This document shows positions 50,578 through 63,543 of a stretch of DNA of 64,000 nucleotides, piece by piece. The stretch is from Antedon mediterranea (Eukaryota; Animalia; Echinodermata). The position numbers and the translations under genes are program-made. The stretch spans positions 24,751,237 to 24,815,236 of the forward strand of contig NC_092672.1 in assembly GCF_964355755.1 (NCBI RefSeq). Reading direction: 5' to 3'. Each line of letters starts with the position of its first letter. Within the stretch, counting starts at the first letter, position 1. The notes below the pieces were generated by a model. That model made no database searches and was not told the origin of the DNA. It saw nothing but the letters and a program-made list of their open reading frames with translations.

Positions 50578-52275
50578 ATAAGTTATACACATTTATTTTC
50601 CATAATTCATTGCCGAATGTGCTTTAGAAATAAAGTGTGAAATGAATTTTACACCAAAGTTTTTAAATATTTATGCTATTGATTATTAATTTAACTACTG
50701 TACTGTAAATAAACAAGAATATTTCTTACAAAAAACGCTGCTCGCTTATTGTTATTGCTAAGGTCAAGTCTGGGGGTCACTTCATCAGGCCTAGATACTT
50801 CAAGTATCCTATTACAAACAAAAACTTCAATGGACTGTTTTGATAATAATTCAATGATTATCTGACAGCGAATTATAGTAATATCATGGGACTCATAAAT
50901 ACCAGAATGCTTTGGGATTTGTCGTTAGACTCTTTTCCCAGCCGTTTTTGGATTCAACAGGTGGTACCAATAAATTATAGTGGAGTTTCCATTTTAACAA
51001 AAATGTCAAAGTGTAGTACTATAAAGCTGCTTGATTTCATCTAATGAATGAGTCATCTCGTGTGACGTAGCGGGCTAGAGCAGCAGCGTGAAAATGCTGA
51101 TAGCATACACCTCAATCATCAAAGTAAAGTTAAATGGTATTATATTCAGTATGTTTTTATAAATTGATAACATTCAATAGAATACTCATAACACTTTTCA
51201 TAGCATAAATTTCTTTTGAACATTAACTTATTTTAGTATGAGGCAAGTTAGATGATTTGTCAAGTTGTATTTTTAAAAAATAGCACTAATAATAGTTGAT
51301 ATGATATGAGTTTAAAAAAAAGATTAAGTTGTCTATCATCAACCCTCACCTTAATTCCTTTGCTCTTTATATTTTGAGGATATTTCTAGATTAAAATGAT
51401 ATACCTATGCTGAAAAGTTGTAAGGATTACTTTTGATAGAAGGGCTGTTCTTACCTAAAATTAGAGCAAATACATAAGCCCATAACACCATAATAATATT
51501 ATGACAAAATATATATTACATATACAGTATTCTAGCTAATTTTGGGTTATTTAAAACTAATTGTAAATTGCTAAAAGGCCACATAACAAACAAAACTTGT
51601 TTAACATCCCCTGCCCTCCTAGATGTTTGGCTTTCTTTCCTCTGGTGTAATTTTTGTTGTGTTTAACACTTTATGAGAAAAAATTGCTTTACTTGAAACA
51701 GTATTGTGGTTATAATCAAGAAATTGCAAATGAAAAGGCAATTAAATTAGTTCAACAATACATTGATAAAGATGCACACAAGTATAGCTAACAATTCTTG
51801 CGTAAGCTACATTTAAATTTCTAATTTTTTTTTAATGAAATTGAGATTTTTTTTTCACACTTAATGTAAATTAATTCAAATAACCCACAAAATTTTAGAT
51901 GATAGAATCTGTTTCATATTTCAGAATTTAAATATACCTTATGTTTTGGTGCACAAAATGCCATAAGTAAGAAGCAATTTTTTTATTAACCGATAGAAGC
52001 ATAATGTATATTTTAAAATGTAAAACAAATCGGAATAGCTCACACAAAACAAAAAATTGTACATGCTTTATAAAACAATATTAAAAAATGTATTGTTTCG
52101 AAAATTAACTGAAGACATTGTTGTGGGAAAATAGGACAAGTAGATCAAAATGCAAGATAAACATTTATTATTCAATAAGGATGTTGTATAAGATATTTAA
52201 TCATTTTGTTTTACTACATATTAACATGATGTAAGTATGTTTTGTAATATTGTTAATGTTTAATATATTCAATAG

Positions 52276-52369
52276 AATGGTCATACAGCATTACATGTTG
52301 CTGCTCAAGTGGGCAGTACTGAAATCTGCAATCAGATTTGCCTGCATGGCGCAAAATGTTCAAAATAAG
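52276..52369 (+). pseudogene. Broken duplicate ankyrin exon
   Basis: Same acceptor context (TTCAATAG|AATGG) as 47955. It translates NGHTALHVAAQVGSTEICNQICLHGA, then a ~5-bp deletion leads to an in-frame TAA. The GTAAG of the donor is missing (AATAAGTCATAC vs AATAAGGTAAGTCATAC). Confidence 0.8.
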
Positions 52370-52994
52370 TCATACATTCATTATTATTCATTATAATTAA
52401 TCTGAAATTTCACTCTTCATTTTACTTAATCTCATAGTAATACATTCTTAAAATGTTTTTAAAAAAAACAGAATTGATCAATAAATGTGTAATAATATGC
52501 CAAAATAGTATGAATAATTTTATTCTGAAATAATTATGAACAACACTTGTTATTTGTATAAAATAAAATTCTCAAAATCATCTATTAAAACTTGTAATCA
52601 ACTGTTTGTATTAGCAAATGTACTTCACGTTTGTGCAGGCATGATCTACAGTATACACATAAAGCACAATATTTTTGATGTGATAAAGATTTCATCATTC
52701 AATGCTAAAATGAGAACTTGAATTGTACAACACAGTTTTTAAATGTTTGTTATTTTATTTCATTTCATTTATTCATTCGACCAATAAACAGATACAGAAC
52801 AGAACAAAGCACATGGTGATTGGCAAATAAAGCAAAACAATTACTATAAAAACCGCCCTGGCTTTTAAACACGATGTAGCTCTCGTTCTGCGAAGCCTAG
52901 CAACTAACGAAAAACAGTGACGTAAAGCTTGAAAATCCCCTTATAGAATATGACATCATCTTTTGTGCCTTCTATTTGCATAAGCGATGTTTAA

Positions 52995-53803
52995 GGCCGG
53001 TGCACACCAAACGCGAAGCCGCGAATTTCGCGTTAAAAAGTGACGCACGCGGCAGGCAACGGACGCTTCCAGTGTGAACATACAAGCGAACAGTGTACGA
53101 TAGTCGAATTCCAACTTCAACGCGTTGAAAACGACAGCAGCGAAGGCTTCGCACGCGAATTTTCAAAAGTTGAACCTTGGTCAACTTTTTGAGGCGTCGC
53201 GAGCGCGGTTTGCGTTCGTCAACCAATCAGAAGTCAGGAATATCTCTCATCGACGACACCGACGGCAAAAAAATGGTGGCTGACGAGCGAGGTCTTTATG
53301 GAAATACTTACCCTTCTTGTCTTTACGATAAGGGAAGTAAGTCATACACAGACAGAAACATAAGGATTAATGCATGAAGACAATAATTTCAGACAAACAT
53401 CTGTGTAGAAGAATGCCAGAAAAACTAGGCCTAAAACGCGTCAGAGATCAATTTGTAAAGTGAGTTGGCAAGCCTATTTCTAGCCTAGGCCTACCTAGGT
53501 TTAGGCAATACTAGGGCCTAGCTAGGCCTACCTAGCCTAGGCTACATATACCCTAGTAGGCTAGGCCAGGTCAATTAGATGAACATTGATAAATGGGATC
53601 CTTCAGGCTATACCAGCGTTACAAACTCCACCAATGACCAAGCTAGTAGTTTAAGCGGCCAGTATATTATTGCCATGGAATTAAGAGCAATTGCTCCTCA
53701 AAAACGTGGACTGGCAATTATGAGGCTGATACAGGTTTGTATAGACTTTTTTCAAATGGGTATGTCAGTTGGTGACATACATTGGCCAGAAAAAATGATT
53801 TGA
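52995..53803 (+). mobile_element. PIF/Harbinger element remnant with decayed MADF (Myb/SANT-like) plus BESS-like accessory gene
   Basis: TAA|GGCCGGTGCACACCAAACGCG terminus. YPSCLYDKGSKSYTDRNIRINA* and EECQKN*..RDQFVK resemble MADF, and GQYIIAMELRAIAPQKRGLAIMRLIQ resembles BESS. The other end was not located. Confidence 0.65.
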
Positions 53804-53999
53804 GCAATATGCCTTACTATAGCAATTTTTTAATACTTGTTTCATTTTTTTTTAATAGAAAATGGAAGAGATTAAGGAGGAGTTGGACTGTAACTAGTAT
53901 TTATTAAGTGGTTATAGAAGGAAAGCTGAACTGAATGTCTTTTTTTAGCAATAGAGAACACATGGAAATATATGTATATGTTTTGTTATACTCCAATAC

Positions 54000-54182
54000 T
54001 AAAAAAAATAGTCAAATTGGCTGCGAGCTAATGGATTTTTTTTCATTTTATAAGTGAAAACATACGTTTTTTGGGTTTTTTTTTCTATGTAAGTGATTAA
54101 CTTTGTTAAAACTACAAAATGTCCTATTCAAATTTGATTTTAATCATCTTCATTTTTGATGATTCTATGGGACAATACATCT
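54000..54182 (-). mobile_element. TTAA MITE, copy 3 (inverted, partial)
   Basis: Ends GGGACAATACATCT|TTAA, and the interior is the reverse complement of the 16111/17998 family. Confidence 0.65.
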
Positions 54183-55499
54183 TTAAGTTTAGTGTCATTT
54201 TTTGGACAAGATATATTGTCTTCCTGAAAATATAATTTAAAACATTTTCGCTGTGTGTAATACAGTATAACACTTTAGGGTTAGTTATTCACTTTTAACA
54301 ATAATAATATTTCTTCAATTTTCATTTTTTTTGGGATGATACATTTTAAATTTATTATTTTGATATTATTTTGCGAAAGTATTCAGGAGTAGTAAAAAAG
54401 AAAATCTGGTTGATATTTAATGATACCTTTAAAAACAATGATTCACTATTTCAATAAGTGTATTTATGTGAAAAAGTCATAAGATAATATACAGTGTAAA
54501 TATGAGTTTGGGATATTTATTACATTTAATAAAATGAGAAAAAAACTGTATGTTTTGTCATGAATAATATAATATTTAATAATAATTAGAAAATGAATGT
54601 GAAAACTTTACATTAATATATAGGCCTATAGTTTATATTTGAAAGTGACAAACCCAGGAAGATTCCCAGTTCGTGTTTATATGAAATGTTTTATATGGTT
54701 ATAATAACCTCTGTTGCATTACGCGGACCAGGCTACGTTAGCGTTACGGTTAGGCAATTTGGTTTTGACAAGCAATTACTGTCAGTGCTTTGTAAGTTAT
54801 TGTGATTTTATTGCCCTGGAGTGTCATTTGAGCCACAAGTTCTAACTACAAGTCCTGCCCACTGGAGGTTGGTCTAACCTGAGATGATTCGCATGGAAGA
54901 GCTTGAGTCATTCTCTTTGGCCTCGATGACCTTTGCGCGGGCTACCTAGAATTCTCATGGGCCATTAAATATTCAGTTTCAACTTTTAGATTTTATGTGG
55001 TTTGAGACTTTGTTGAGCATTTTTAAAAATGTGTATAGGCCTACTACAGTAGATAATATTAATATTTAATCAAAGATAAGAACAATAATGCAATATACAT
55101 TGAGATATAAATGATGTAAAATAAACCATAAAGATTAATACAATAAACTACAAATAGCCAATTTTTAAATTTTAATGGAAAAAAATGATTGACCTATGAA
55201 AGAACCCTAAAATAAACATATAAACAAAAATAAACGCCAAGTGATGATAACCAATTTAAATTAATACACATTCAAAAGTTTTATCATCATGTAAATAATT
55301 ATCTTAAATTAAAAATGAAAGATATATTTAGGTTAACAAATTGAATATAATATGTTTCCTTTTTTCTTATCACTCTTGAAAAGTAATGTTATCTGTTATC
55401 TGCCAGAGTCACATGTTCTGACCCTTTCCTTCATTTGTTTAGCTCTGTTGATGAATACTCTGATACTTTTTTTCGTAAAATGCTAAAAATAAGTGTGTA

Positions 55500-57570
55500 T
55501 GTTTTTTACCCTGCCACTGTTTTAGTACAACACAATTTTGTGTACCCTGCCACTGTTTTGTATCCCTGCCACCGTTTTTGTATCCCTGCAATCTTATTTT
55601 TTCCCAGAAACTTTGTATACAACACAAGTTTTTGTATCCTAGACCACTGCTTGGTCGTACCGTCTCTGTTTTTGTACCCGGACACCGTTTTTGTTCCCTG
55701 CAACTGTTTTGTACCCTGCCACCGTTTTTGTACCCTGCTACTGTTTTTGTACCATGCTCCAGTTTTTGTACCCAGCTGCCATCGTGTTTGTACCCTGCCA
55801 CTGTTTTTGTACCCTGCCACTCTTTTTATACCCTGCCACCGTTTTTGTACCCTGCGACTGTTTTTGTACCCTGCGACTGTTTTTATAGCCTGCCACCGTT
55901 TTTGTATCCTGCCACCGTTTTTGTATCCCTGCCACCGTTTTTGTACCACTGTCATCGTCTTTTTTCCCAAACACTTTGTATACAACACAAGTTTTTGTAC
56001 CCTAGACCACTGCTTGTCATACCCTGTCTCTGTTTTTGTACCCTGATACCGTTTTTGTACCATGTCACCGTTTTTGTACCCTGCCACTATTTTTGTACCT
56101 TGCCACTGTTTTTGTACCCATCTGCCATCGTTTTTGTACCCTGCCACCGTTTTTGTACCCAGCTGCCATCGATTTTGTACTGCCACCGTTTTTGTACCCT
56201 GCCACTTTTTTTGTACGCTGCAACCGTTTTTGTACCCTGCTACTGTTTGTGTACTTTGCCACTGTTTACGTACCCTGCGACTGTTATTGTACTCAGCTGC
56301 CATTGTTTTTGTACCCTGCCATCGTTTTTGTACCCTGCCACCGTTTTTGTACCCTGCCACTGTTTTTGTACCCTGCCACCGTTTTTGTATCCTGCCACCG
56401 TTTTTTTACCCTGCCACTGTTTTTGTACCGAGCTGCTATCGTTTTTGTACCCTGCCACCGTTTTTGTACCCTGCCACCGTTTTTGTACCCTCCACTGTTT
56501 TTGTACCCTGCTCATTTTTTGTACCCAACTGCCATCGATGTTGTACCCTGCCACTGTTTTTGTACCCTGCCACTTTTTTTGTACCCAGCTGCCATCGTTT
56601 TTGTACCCTGCCACTGTTTGTACCCTTCCACCAGGGCCTTCCAGCCTCTTAAACACTGTCTGACATACAAAGATATTTTAAGTCATTTTGTGAAAGATAT
56701 ACTTTCCCATTAAATTAAATAAATGGAATATCACAACCACTAAGTATTTATTCCTGTATAAGGTCAGCAATCAGATTTCCCGCGAACTATTGTATAAAAT
56801 CAGTGACGCTGTTTTTGTACACTGCCACCGTTTTTGTACCCTGCCACCGTTTTTGTACCCTGCCACTGTTTTTGTACCCAGCTGCCATCGTTTTTGTACC
56901 CTGCCATCGTGTTTGTACCCTGCCACCGTTTTTGTACCCTGCCACTGTTTTTGTACCCTGCCATCGTTTTTGTATCCTGCCACCGTTTTTGTACCCTGCC
57001 ACTGTTTTTGTACCGAGCTGCTATCGTTTTTGTACCCTGCCACCGTTTTTGTACCCTCCACTGTTTTTGTACCCTGCCACCGTTTTTGTACCCTCCACTG
57101 TTTTTGTACCCTGCTCATTTTTTTGTACTCAACTGCCATCGATGTTGTACCCTGCCACTGTTTTTGTACCCTGCCACTGTTTTTGTACCCTGCCACTTTT
57201 TTTGTACCCAGCTGCCATCGTTTTTGTACCCTGCCACCGTTTTTGTACCCTGCCACCGTTTTTGTACCCTTCCACTATTTTTGTACCCTGCCACTGTTTT
57301 TGTACCCATCTGCCATCATTTTTGTACCCTGCCACCGTTTTTGTACCCTGTCACTGTTTTTGTACCCTGTTACTGTTTTTGTACCCAGCTGCCATCTATT
57401 TTGTACCCTGTCACCGTTTTTGTACCCTCCACTGTTTTTGTACCCTGCCATCGATGTTGTACCCTGCCACTGTTTTTGTACCCTGCCACTTTTTTTGTAC
57501 CCAGCTGCCATCGTTTTTGTACCCTGCCACCGTTTTTGTACCCTGCCACCATTTTTGTACCCTTCCACTA
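55500..57570 (+). repeat. 19-bp minisatellite (TTTTTGTACCCTGCCACYG), left part
   Basis: Many variant units, with a non-repeat interruption at ~56632-56805. This array produces the many overlapping ORFs in all six frames. Confidence 0.97.
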
Positions 57571-60500
57571 TAGTCCAGTCAAAATAGTACCTTCACCCAC
57601 CACTAATTGCAAAAGAATTTTTTTTACTACAATACATTTTAGTATGGTCCCCTAAACACTATACTAAAAGTCCCCCAAAATCCCAACATGGGAAATTTGT
57701 CTAATTTGCATAATATGCAAATTAGCCTTTTTTCATGATGAATTAATCTATTTTCTTTATAAATGTGCATAAAATGCTGCAATTCAATCAAACTAAGCAG
57801 TAAAACTCACATTTTCATGGTCAATAGAAAGATTAAACACGCGTTAGGAATAAATTAGAATAAATTTGCATATTATTCAAAATTAACATTCCAAATGTCG
57901 TATTTTTGTTTTAATAGTGAATTTTCGAAATGAAAATATGCATATTAATAACATTAATAGGATTATGTATAATTTGTAATTAGCTCCTTCATACAGTAAT
58001 CACGCAACAAGGATCTTAAATTTGGATTCAATAAAACAATGTCTAAAGAACCACCTTGATTTTAAAATTTAAATCAAATTTGCATATAATTTAGGCAAAT
58101 TCGGATCATCTAAAGTGTAATATTGTTCTTGATTTTACCTGTTTAAAAATAATCGGGAATAAATACAGCACTTTATGATTCTGGAATTTCAAATGTTGTA
58201 AAGCATATCAATCATTATCACTGAGATCATCTATATCTACTGAAGAAGAGTTTGTGCAACTGGAACCTTTGCACACCCCACATATCCATGTACAACTAAT
58301 TGAATATAGTTTACAAGTGCATCTGCTAGTACTGCAACCAGTTTTGCAGTTACATCTGATTTATCTTGATCAACTTTTCAGGTGCAGCCGGGAGATGTGT
58401 GTGGCAGCAGTTGTCCATTAGTTACCTTCCATCTCCATTCTTCTGCTTTCATTTGTGCAGCAGTTTCTTTCCATGTTTGTATCTGAAAATATACTCGCAG
58501 ACTATGGTATTGTGTAGCTGCAGATTACAAAGGCAATGTCTGTGGTTCAACACATGTGCTACTCTTTGCCACCTTCTCACAGAATCGCTTGTACCGTAGA
58601 ACGTATATACTTTCACCATACTTGCCCTTATAGAGATGAATCAGAGAGTCCTCTCCTGCTGCAATTATATCTTTCTTTGTTGCACCCTCTTTAGTAACCA
58701 GGTCAGAAAATTGCTGGAAATCAACACTGTTCTGGACTTGCTTCAGTGCTACATTTCCGATCTATACCAAATACTCTCGACGTTGTGTCGCATCCAAGTA
58801 AAGCATGCACAAAGAAAAGTCTGGAACATAATTTATTCCCCAAGATCATCACTGTTTTCTGTATGTTCCATACCTTGTGCTTTTTGGTGTTGGTCTTTAT
58901 TTCTGGTATAAAAGAGGTCCTTCTCAATTGTATCTCCATAATAGCAAAGCAGGATTAGCAAATCAGATCGTCACCAACAAGAACTCCCTTGCTGACTCAA
59001 CTGCTGTCTTGACAATTAGGATATCTGCATCTCCTTTGGCATGAATTGTTGTATAACCTGCCTTTTCAAGATGTAAACTCAGCAAATGAAGAAATCGTTG
59101 CTTGTTTACTTTGTTGGTCAGAAATTCATTTTTCTTCTTAATTAGCAAAGTCTCTCCTGTAAACAAAAAATTTGGTCCCTTGGAACTGCCTGTACGTCTG
59201 CAGTGTGTAGCATCTTTGATTGCAGGTCCATCTTCATAACCATCAAATACAATAGTTGGAATTCCATATCGACTTGTCACATATGATACATATTTATGAC
59301 AAATAGTGTCAAATGTTTGACCTCTTGACCATGATAAACGTTGCAAGAGGGCACCACAATCAAGCACATAATGTGGATCATTAAGGGGGGGGGGGGGGGG
59401 TCTGTCTGATCCTGCTTTACAATCTCCCAAAGGGCATCGGCTAGTGTCGCCTTATTTGCCTCCCTTGGAAGCCCAACATTATCGAATAATGCAGTTGGAT
59501 GACTGCAAAATTCATATTTAAATAAATTTGCGGGATCTCCCACCTCTTCACGTGTTGCGATATAACACTTAATCGCTGAAAGAGTAATTGTGGATCAACT
59601 TGGACTGGATCTCCGCAAATGACAACAGCTGTTTTGGATCCAAGTGTGACTGCTTGTTTTTTTTCTTTGGAAAGAGAACTCATCAATGTTCTTTCCAACC
59701 ATCGATTCAAGTATACACTGGCCCACATACCTTGCCTGGTCAATATTTACATTGTCAGTAGCAGCAACACCACTTACTATGCTACGCAGTGATGACTCAC
59801 TACCAAATGGATCCCACTCCTTGAATGCTTCGATTAGTTTTAAGTATCTTCTGTGTCTCTTTTTTGACGAGATTGTGATGTGTCTTTGTGTTGCTCCCTA
59901 GTGTTGTAGTTAACACTGGTGAGCTCTTGCATTGCAAAGTTTACCTCGGCACAAGAAGGCATTCCCAGTACCCAGGTCAACCGATGAACTTCTGTCATGC
60001 CTCTACCTCTCGTTAACCCACCACTTGTTTTGACACTTCTCATTAGGACTTGCTCAATAATAAGATCGGTAGATAGTCCTGCCCAGTACCGATCACTTCT
60101 TCTAATCACATGAAAACCATTTATGAAGTTGGTGTAGACATTGGGGTGAGTCTTTTCGAGTTGGTACATTTTTTGCAAGTACAGATACGCAGATTTTGTG
60201 TACAGGTTATGCCCAGCCGCAGCAGAAAAAGGTAACATATCCTTTACTGCTGAAAGATGTACAGTCCAATTCCCACGTTCAGCTTTTATGATTTTTTTTA
60301 AAACAGCAACCATGTCCAAATATTGCAACCAGAGTTGGGCAGTCCTTTTATCACTAAGTAAGTTCCGCTCGTCTTTCAATCTATGAGTAATTCTTGTAAG
60401 GACATCTGAAGATGAAAGGTCAATATGAGCGTCGGGATCATTTATTAGATTATTCAAAATCTTACTGGCTTCGAGCAAATCTTGATCTGGCCGTGTGTTT

Positions 60501-62185
60501 GGAATAATGTCAGCATCAACTTCTATTTCCATTTCTTCTGAATGTTCTGTTGTTTGATCGTTCTCACATGTTGTTTCCGTGTCTCGATTGTGTTGTAGTT
60601 GATCAGGTTGAAAAGTGGATATAGGAAGATTATATGCATTAGCTAGTAATATGGTATGTAAGGCAGCATCAACCAAGAGATGTCCTCGGACTGCTCTGGA
60701 GATTGCTTTTCCACTCAGCATATGCTTGACGGCATTTCCTGCATATGCTACTTCAAGGATCACTTGTAGATCACTTCCTGCCATAATATAACCAATGCAG
60801 CCCAAGAAGCTCATTTCCATATGTAAGCCCTCTAGTCTCAGGACAATAGACTTCAGATAACTGCAATCTGGCTCCGATTCGATAATCATCATGGCTTTCC
60901 ACCAAAGTGGTTGATCAAATGTAATAACGAGTGTGACATTGTATGCCTTAGCTTGTTCACAAACATACGAGAGTGTGGAGAAGATACATGACATGTCAGA
61001 TGGATTTAAATCTATCATGAGCAGGAATCGCATCAATGATTTTCCAGGATAATTACCATGATTTACGGCCTGCATTAGACCTGACCACCCAGGCATTTTG
61101 GGGCGAAGAGCAAATACCACGTCCCACAGAAGATCAACATGATACGTTGAATCATACACTTCCATTGATTGAAGTCCTGTGTGCTGGGATTTGAAAGTTT
61201 TGATGTTAATCCTGCCTACTTTGATGATGTTGTAACTGACATTCTAGGTACAGGTTTATGTAGACATTTTTCTGGTGTAAAAGTGGCAATGAGTCCCATT
61301 CTATGAAATGTTCCAAAATGATCTATATAACTGATTCCTAACAATCTGGATGCAGTGTATGGTAAAACCTGAAATTCATGATGTACAATATTCACACAGA
61401 TGTGATGACTTTTTTATATGGTTCATGTATTCAGGAAAACCCCACTTGTTTGTTGTGTATTTGTGTATCCAGTCTATTGGTAATTTGCATATTTTGTAAA
61501 TATTCATAAACTGTAATTTGATTAAGGGTATGACTGTCTTGTTTATATATTATGAATACTTTTGCTGACTTTCTGATATATGACTTCTAGTTCATTTATA
61601 TTTTCTGCCAAAACCTTACCGGTACTTGCTTATTTAGTTAGGTGCTTCCAGTCTAATGTTTATACCCAGAATAAAGGTACTTCTATTTATGAGCTAATTT
61701 GCATATTATGTAAATTATATGCATTATACTGAATTGAAATAAAAGTATGGCTATCATGGTAATTTTTCATTAATACTTCTGAACATTTAATTGTTTAAAT
61801 CAGACCATCCAAACTAAAGTTTTAGCATAATTCTTATCTGTTTTACACAATTTCAATAACTAATTTGCATATTATGCAAATTAGAATCAAATAATTAATT
61901 TAAAAGTATGTTTATCTTGTTCACTGACCATGACAACATACCTTTGAACACTTAATTTGTTTCAATTGGACAGTCCAATCCAAAGTTATGGCAATATTTT
62001 GATTTTTTTCTAATGGCGGAAGCTAATTTGCATATTATGCAAATTAGCAAATTTCCCATGCTTAGATTTTTGGGGACTTTTAGTATGTTGATTAGGGAGC
62101 CATGCTGAAATGCACTGCAGTGAAATAAATTCTTTTGCAATTAGTGGTGGGTCACCCCCTTATATTTGCTAGATTGACTGGACTA
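57571..62185 (-). mobile_element. AcademX-type DNA transposon, second family, inserted in the minisatellite
   Basis: Termini TAGTCCAGTCAA (57571) and TTGACTGGACTA (62185), imperfect TIRs of ~160 bp, and the 3-bp TSD CTA (57568-57570 and 62186-62188). The empty-site unit CCCTTCCACTATTTTTGTACC is present at ~57267. Confidence 0.9.
58245..61315 (-). pseudogene. Academ transposase (DDE-type core), XPG/FEN-like nuclease with H3TH, Cys-rich zinc finger; frameshifted and 5'-deleted
   Basis: Motifs: ITFDQPLWWKA, IVLRLEGLHMEMSFLGCIG, GNWTVHL..VKDMLPF.AAAGHNLYTKSA, WAGLSTDLIIEQVLMRSVKTSGGLTRGRG, YVLDCGALLQ, IVFDGY, AKGDADILIV and HALLGCDTTS. The terminal IRCNCKTGCSTSRCTCKLYSISCTWICGVCKGSSCTN was translated by hand from ~58250-58360. 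Confidence 0.88.
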
Positions 62186-62590
62186 CTATTTTTGTACCCT
62201 GCCACTGTTTTTGTACCCATCTGCCATCGTTTTTGTACCCTGCCACCGTTTTTGTACCCTGTCACTGTTTTTGTACCCTGTTACTGTTTTTGTACCCAGC
62301 TGCCATCTATTTTGTACCCTGTCACCGTTTTTGTACCCTGCCACTGTTTTTGTACCCTGCTACTGTTTTTGTACCCTGCTACTGTTTTTGTACCCTGTTA
62401 CTGTTTTTGTACCCAGCTGCCATCGATTTTGTACCCTGCCACCGTTTTTGTACCCTGTCGCTGTTTGTGTACTCTGCCACTGTTTTTGTACCCTGCCACT
62501 GTTTTTATACCCTGCCACCGTTTTTGTACCCAGTCAATGTTTTTGTACAAAACAATTTTTTTTTTACAAGTGTTGTACCCAGAAACTGTT
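62186..62590 (+). repeat. 19-bp minisatellite, right part
   Basis: The same unit resumes in register immediately after the Academ TSD. Confidence 0.97.
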
Positions 62591-62919
62591 TTTGTAATGT
62601 TGTCATCGTTTTATAACAATTTTATACAATGTAAAATAGAACAAAATACGTGATAATTGCAAATAAATATAATTTCATTTTCAATTTAATTTTATTTCCT
62701 CAATATAATAACATACATACAGGATAATAAATGCAATGAAGTAATCACGTGAGGAGAGAGTCATAATAAGTCAGTCAGTAAGTTTGACCCACCACGAAAT
62801 ATAACATTAAATACGAATACGAAAAAAAATATATATATATACATAAACTAATAATAAATAAAAGAAAACAAAGCTACAATTTATGCATATTCTCTGTTAT
62901 ACTCATTACTTACTAAATG

Positions 62920-63540
62920 TTTACTGTTAACATGATATTGTTCTCATCCTTTAACATTAATATTAATATTTTTGTTCTTTAATTTCAAAACTTTTATTTC
63001 CAGCAGATTATCCTTTTTTTGCACTATAACTTCTTAAATTTTCATTTAACTTTTTTACTTTCTTCTCTTATGTGGATTCATTCCACTTTTTTTTTTTACT
63101 TATTTTCTTTAAAAAAACTATTTCCATATATCATTTTGTTTATACATACATTATCATTTAACCACATTGATTACATAGTTTCCTCTTTTTATACATATTA
63201 TCTATTACACATTTTCATTAACAAAGCTTATTTTTTCTTACATAGTTGTTTTTTTTCATCTACATGCATATTTATTTCATACAATTATAATACGTTTATG
63301 TTTACTAAATCCATCCCATGGGTTTGTCCCATTTTATTTTTCTTTGGATTTATCTATGCAAACATTTACTAACTTTTTACTGTTAACATTATATTTTCCT
63401 CATCCTTTAACATTGATTTTTTTGATCTTTAAATGTTTACAAAATTTATTTCCAACAGATTATCCTTTTTTTGCATCTACAGTATAACCCATCAAAGTTT
63501 CATTTAACTTTTTTTTTCTTATGTGGGTTCATTCAATTTT
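62920..63540 (+). repeat. Diverged direct duplication (~190 bp, ~455-bp spacing) in AT-rich DNA
   Basis: TTACTGTTAACAT.ATATT.T.CTCATCCTTTAACATT...CAGATTATCCTTTTTTTGCA...TTTCATTTAACTTTTT occurs at ~62921 and ~63377. Confidence 0.7.
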
Positions 63541-63543
63541 TAA

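Noticed and set aside
54700-54960. GC-richer patch possibly a Harbinger transposase remnant on the minus strand
   Set aside because: There are only vague matches (ARAKVIE, HNNL), not enough to call.
55435-57655. Many long overlapping Cys/Pro-rich or Lys/Gly-rich ORFs in all six frames (also 62135-62653)
   Set aside because: These are translations of a stop-free 19-bp minisatellite, not genes.
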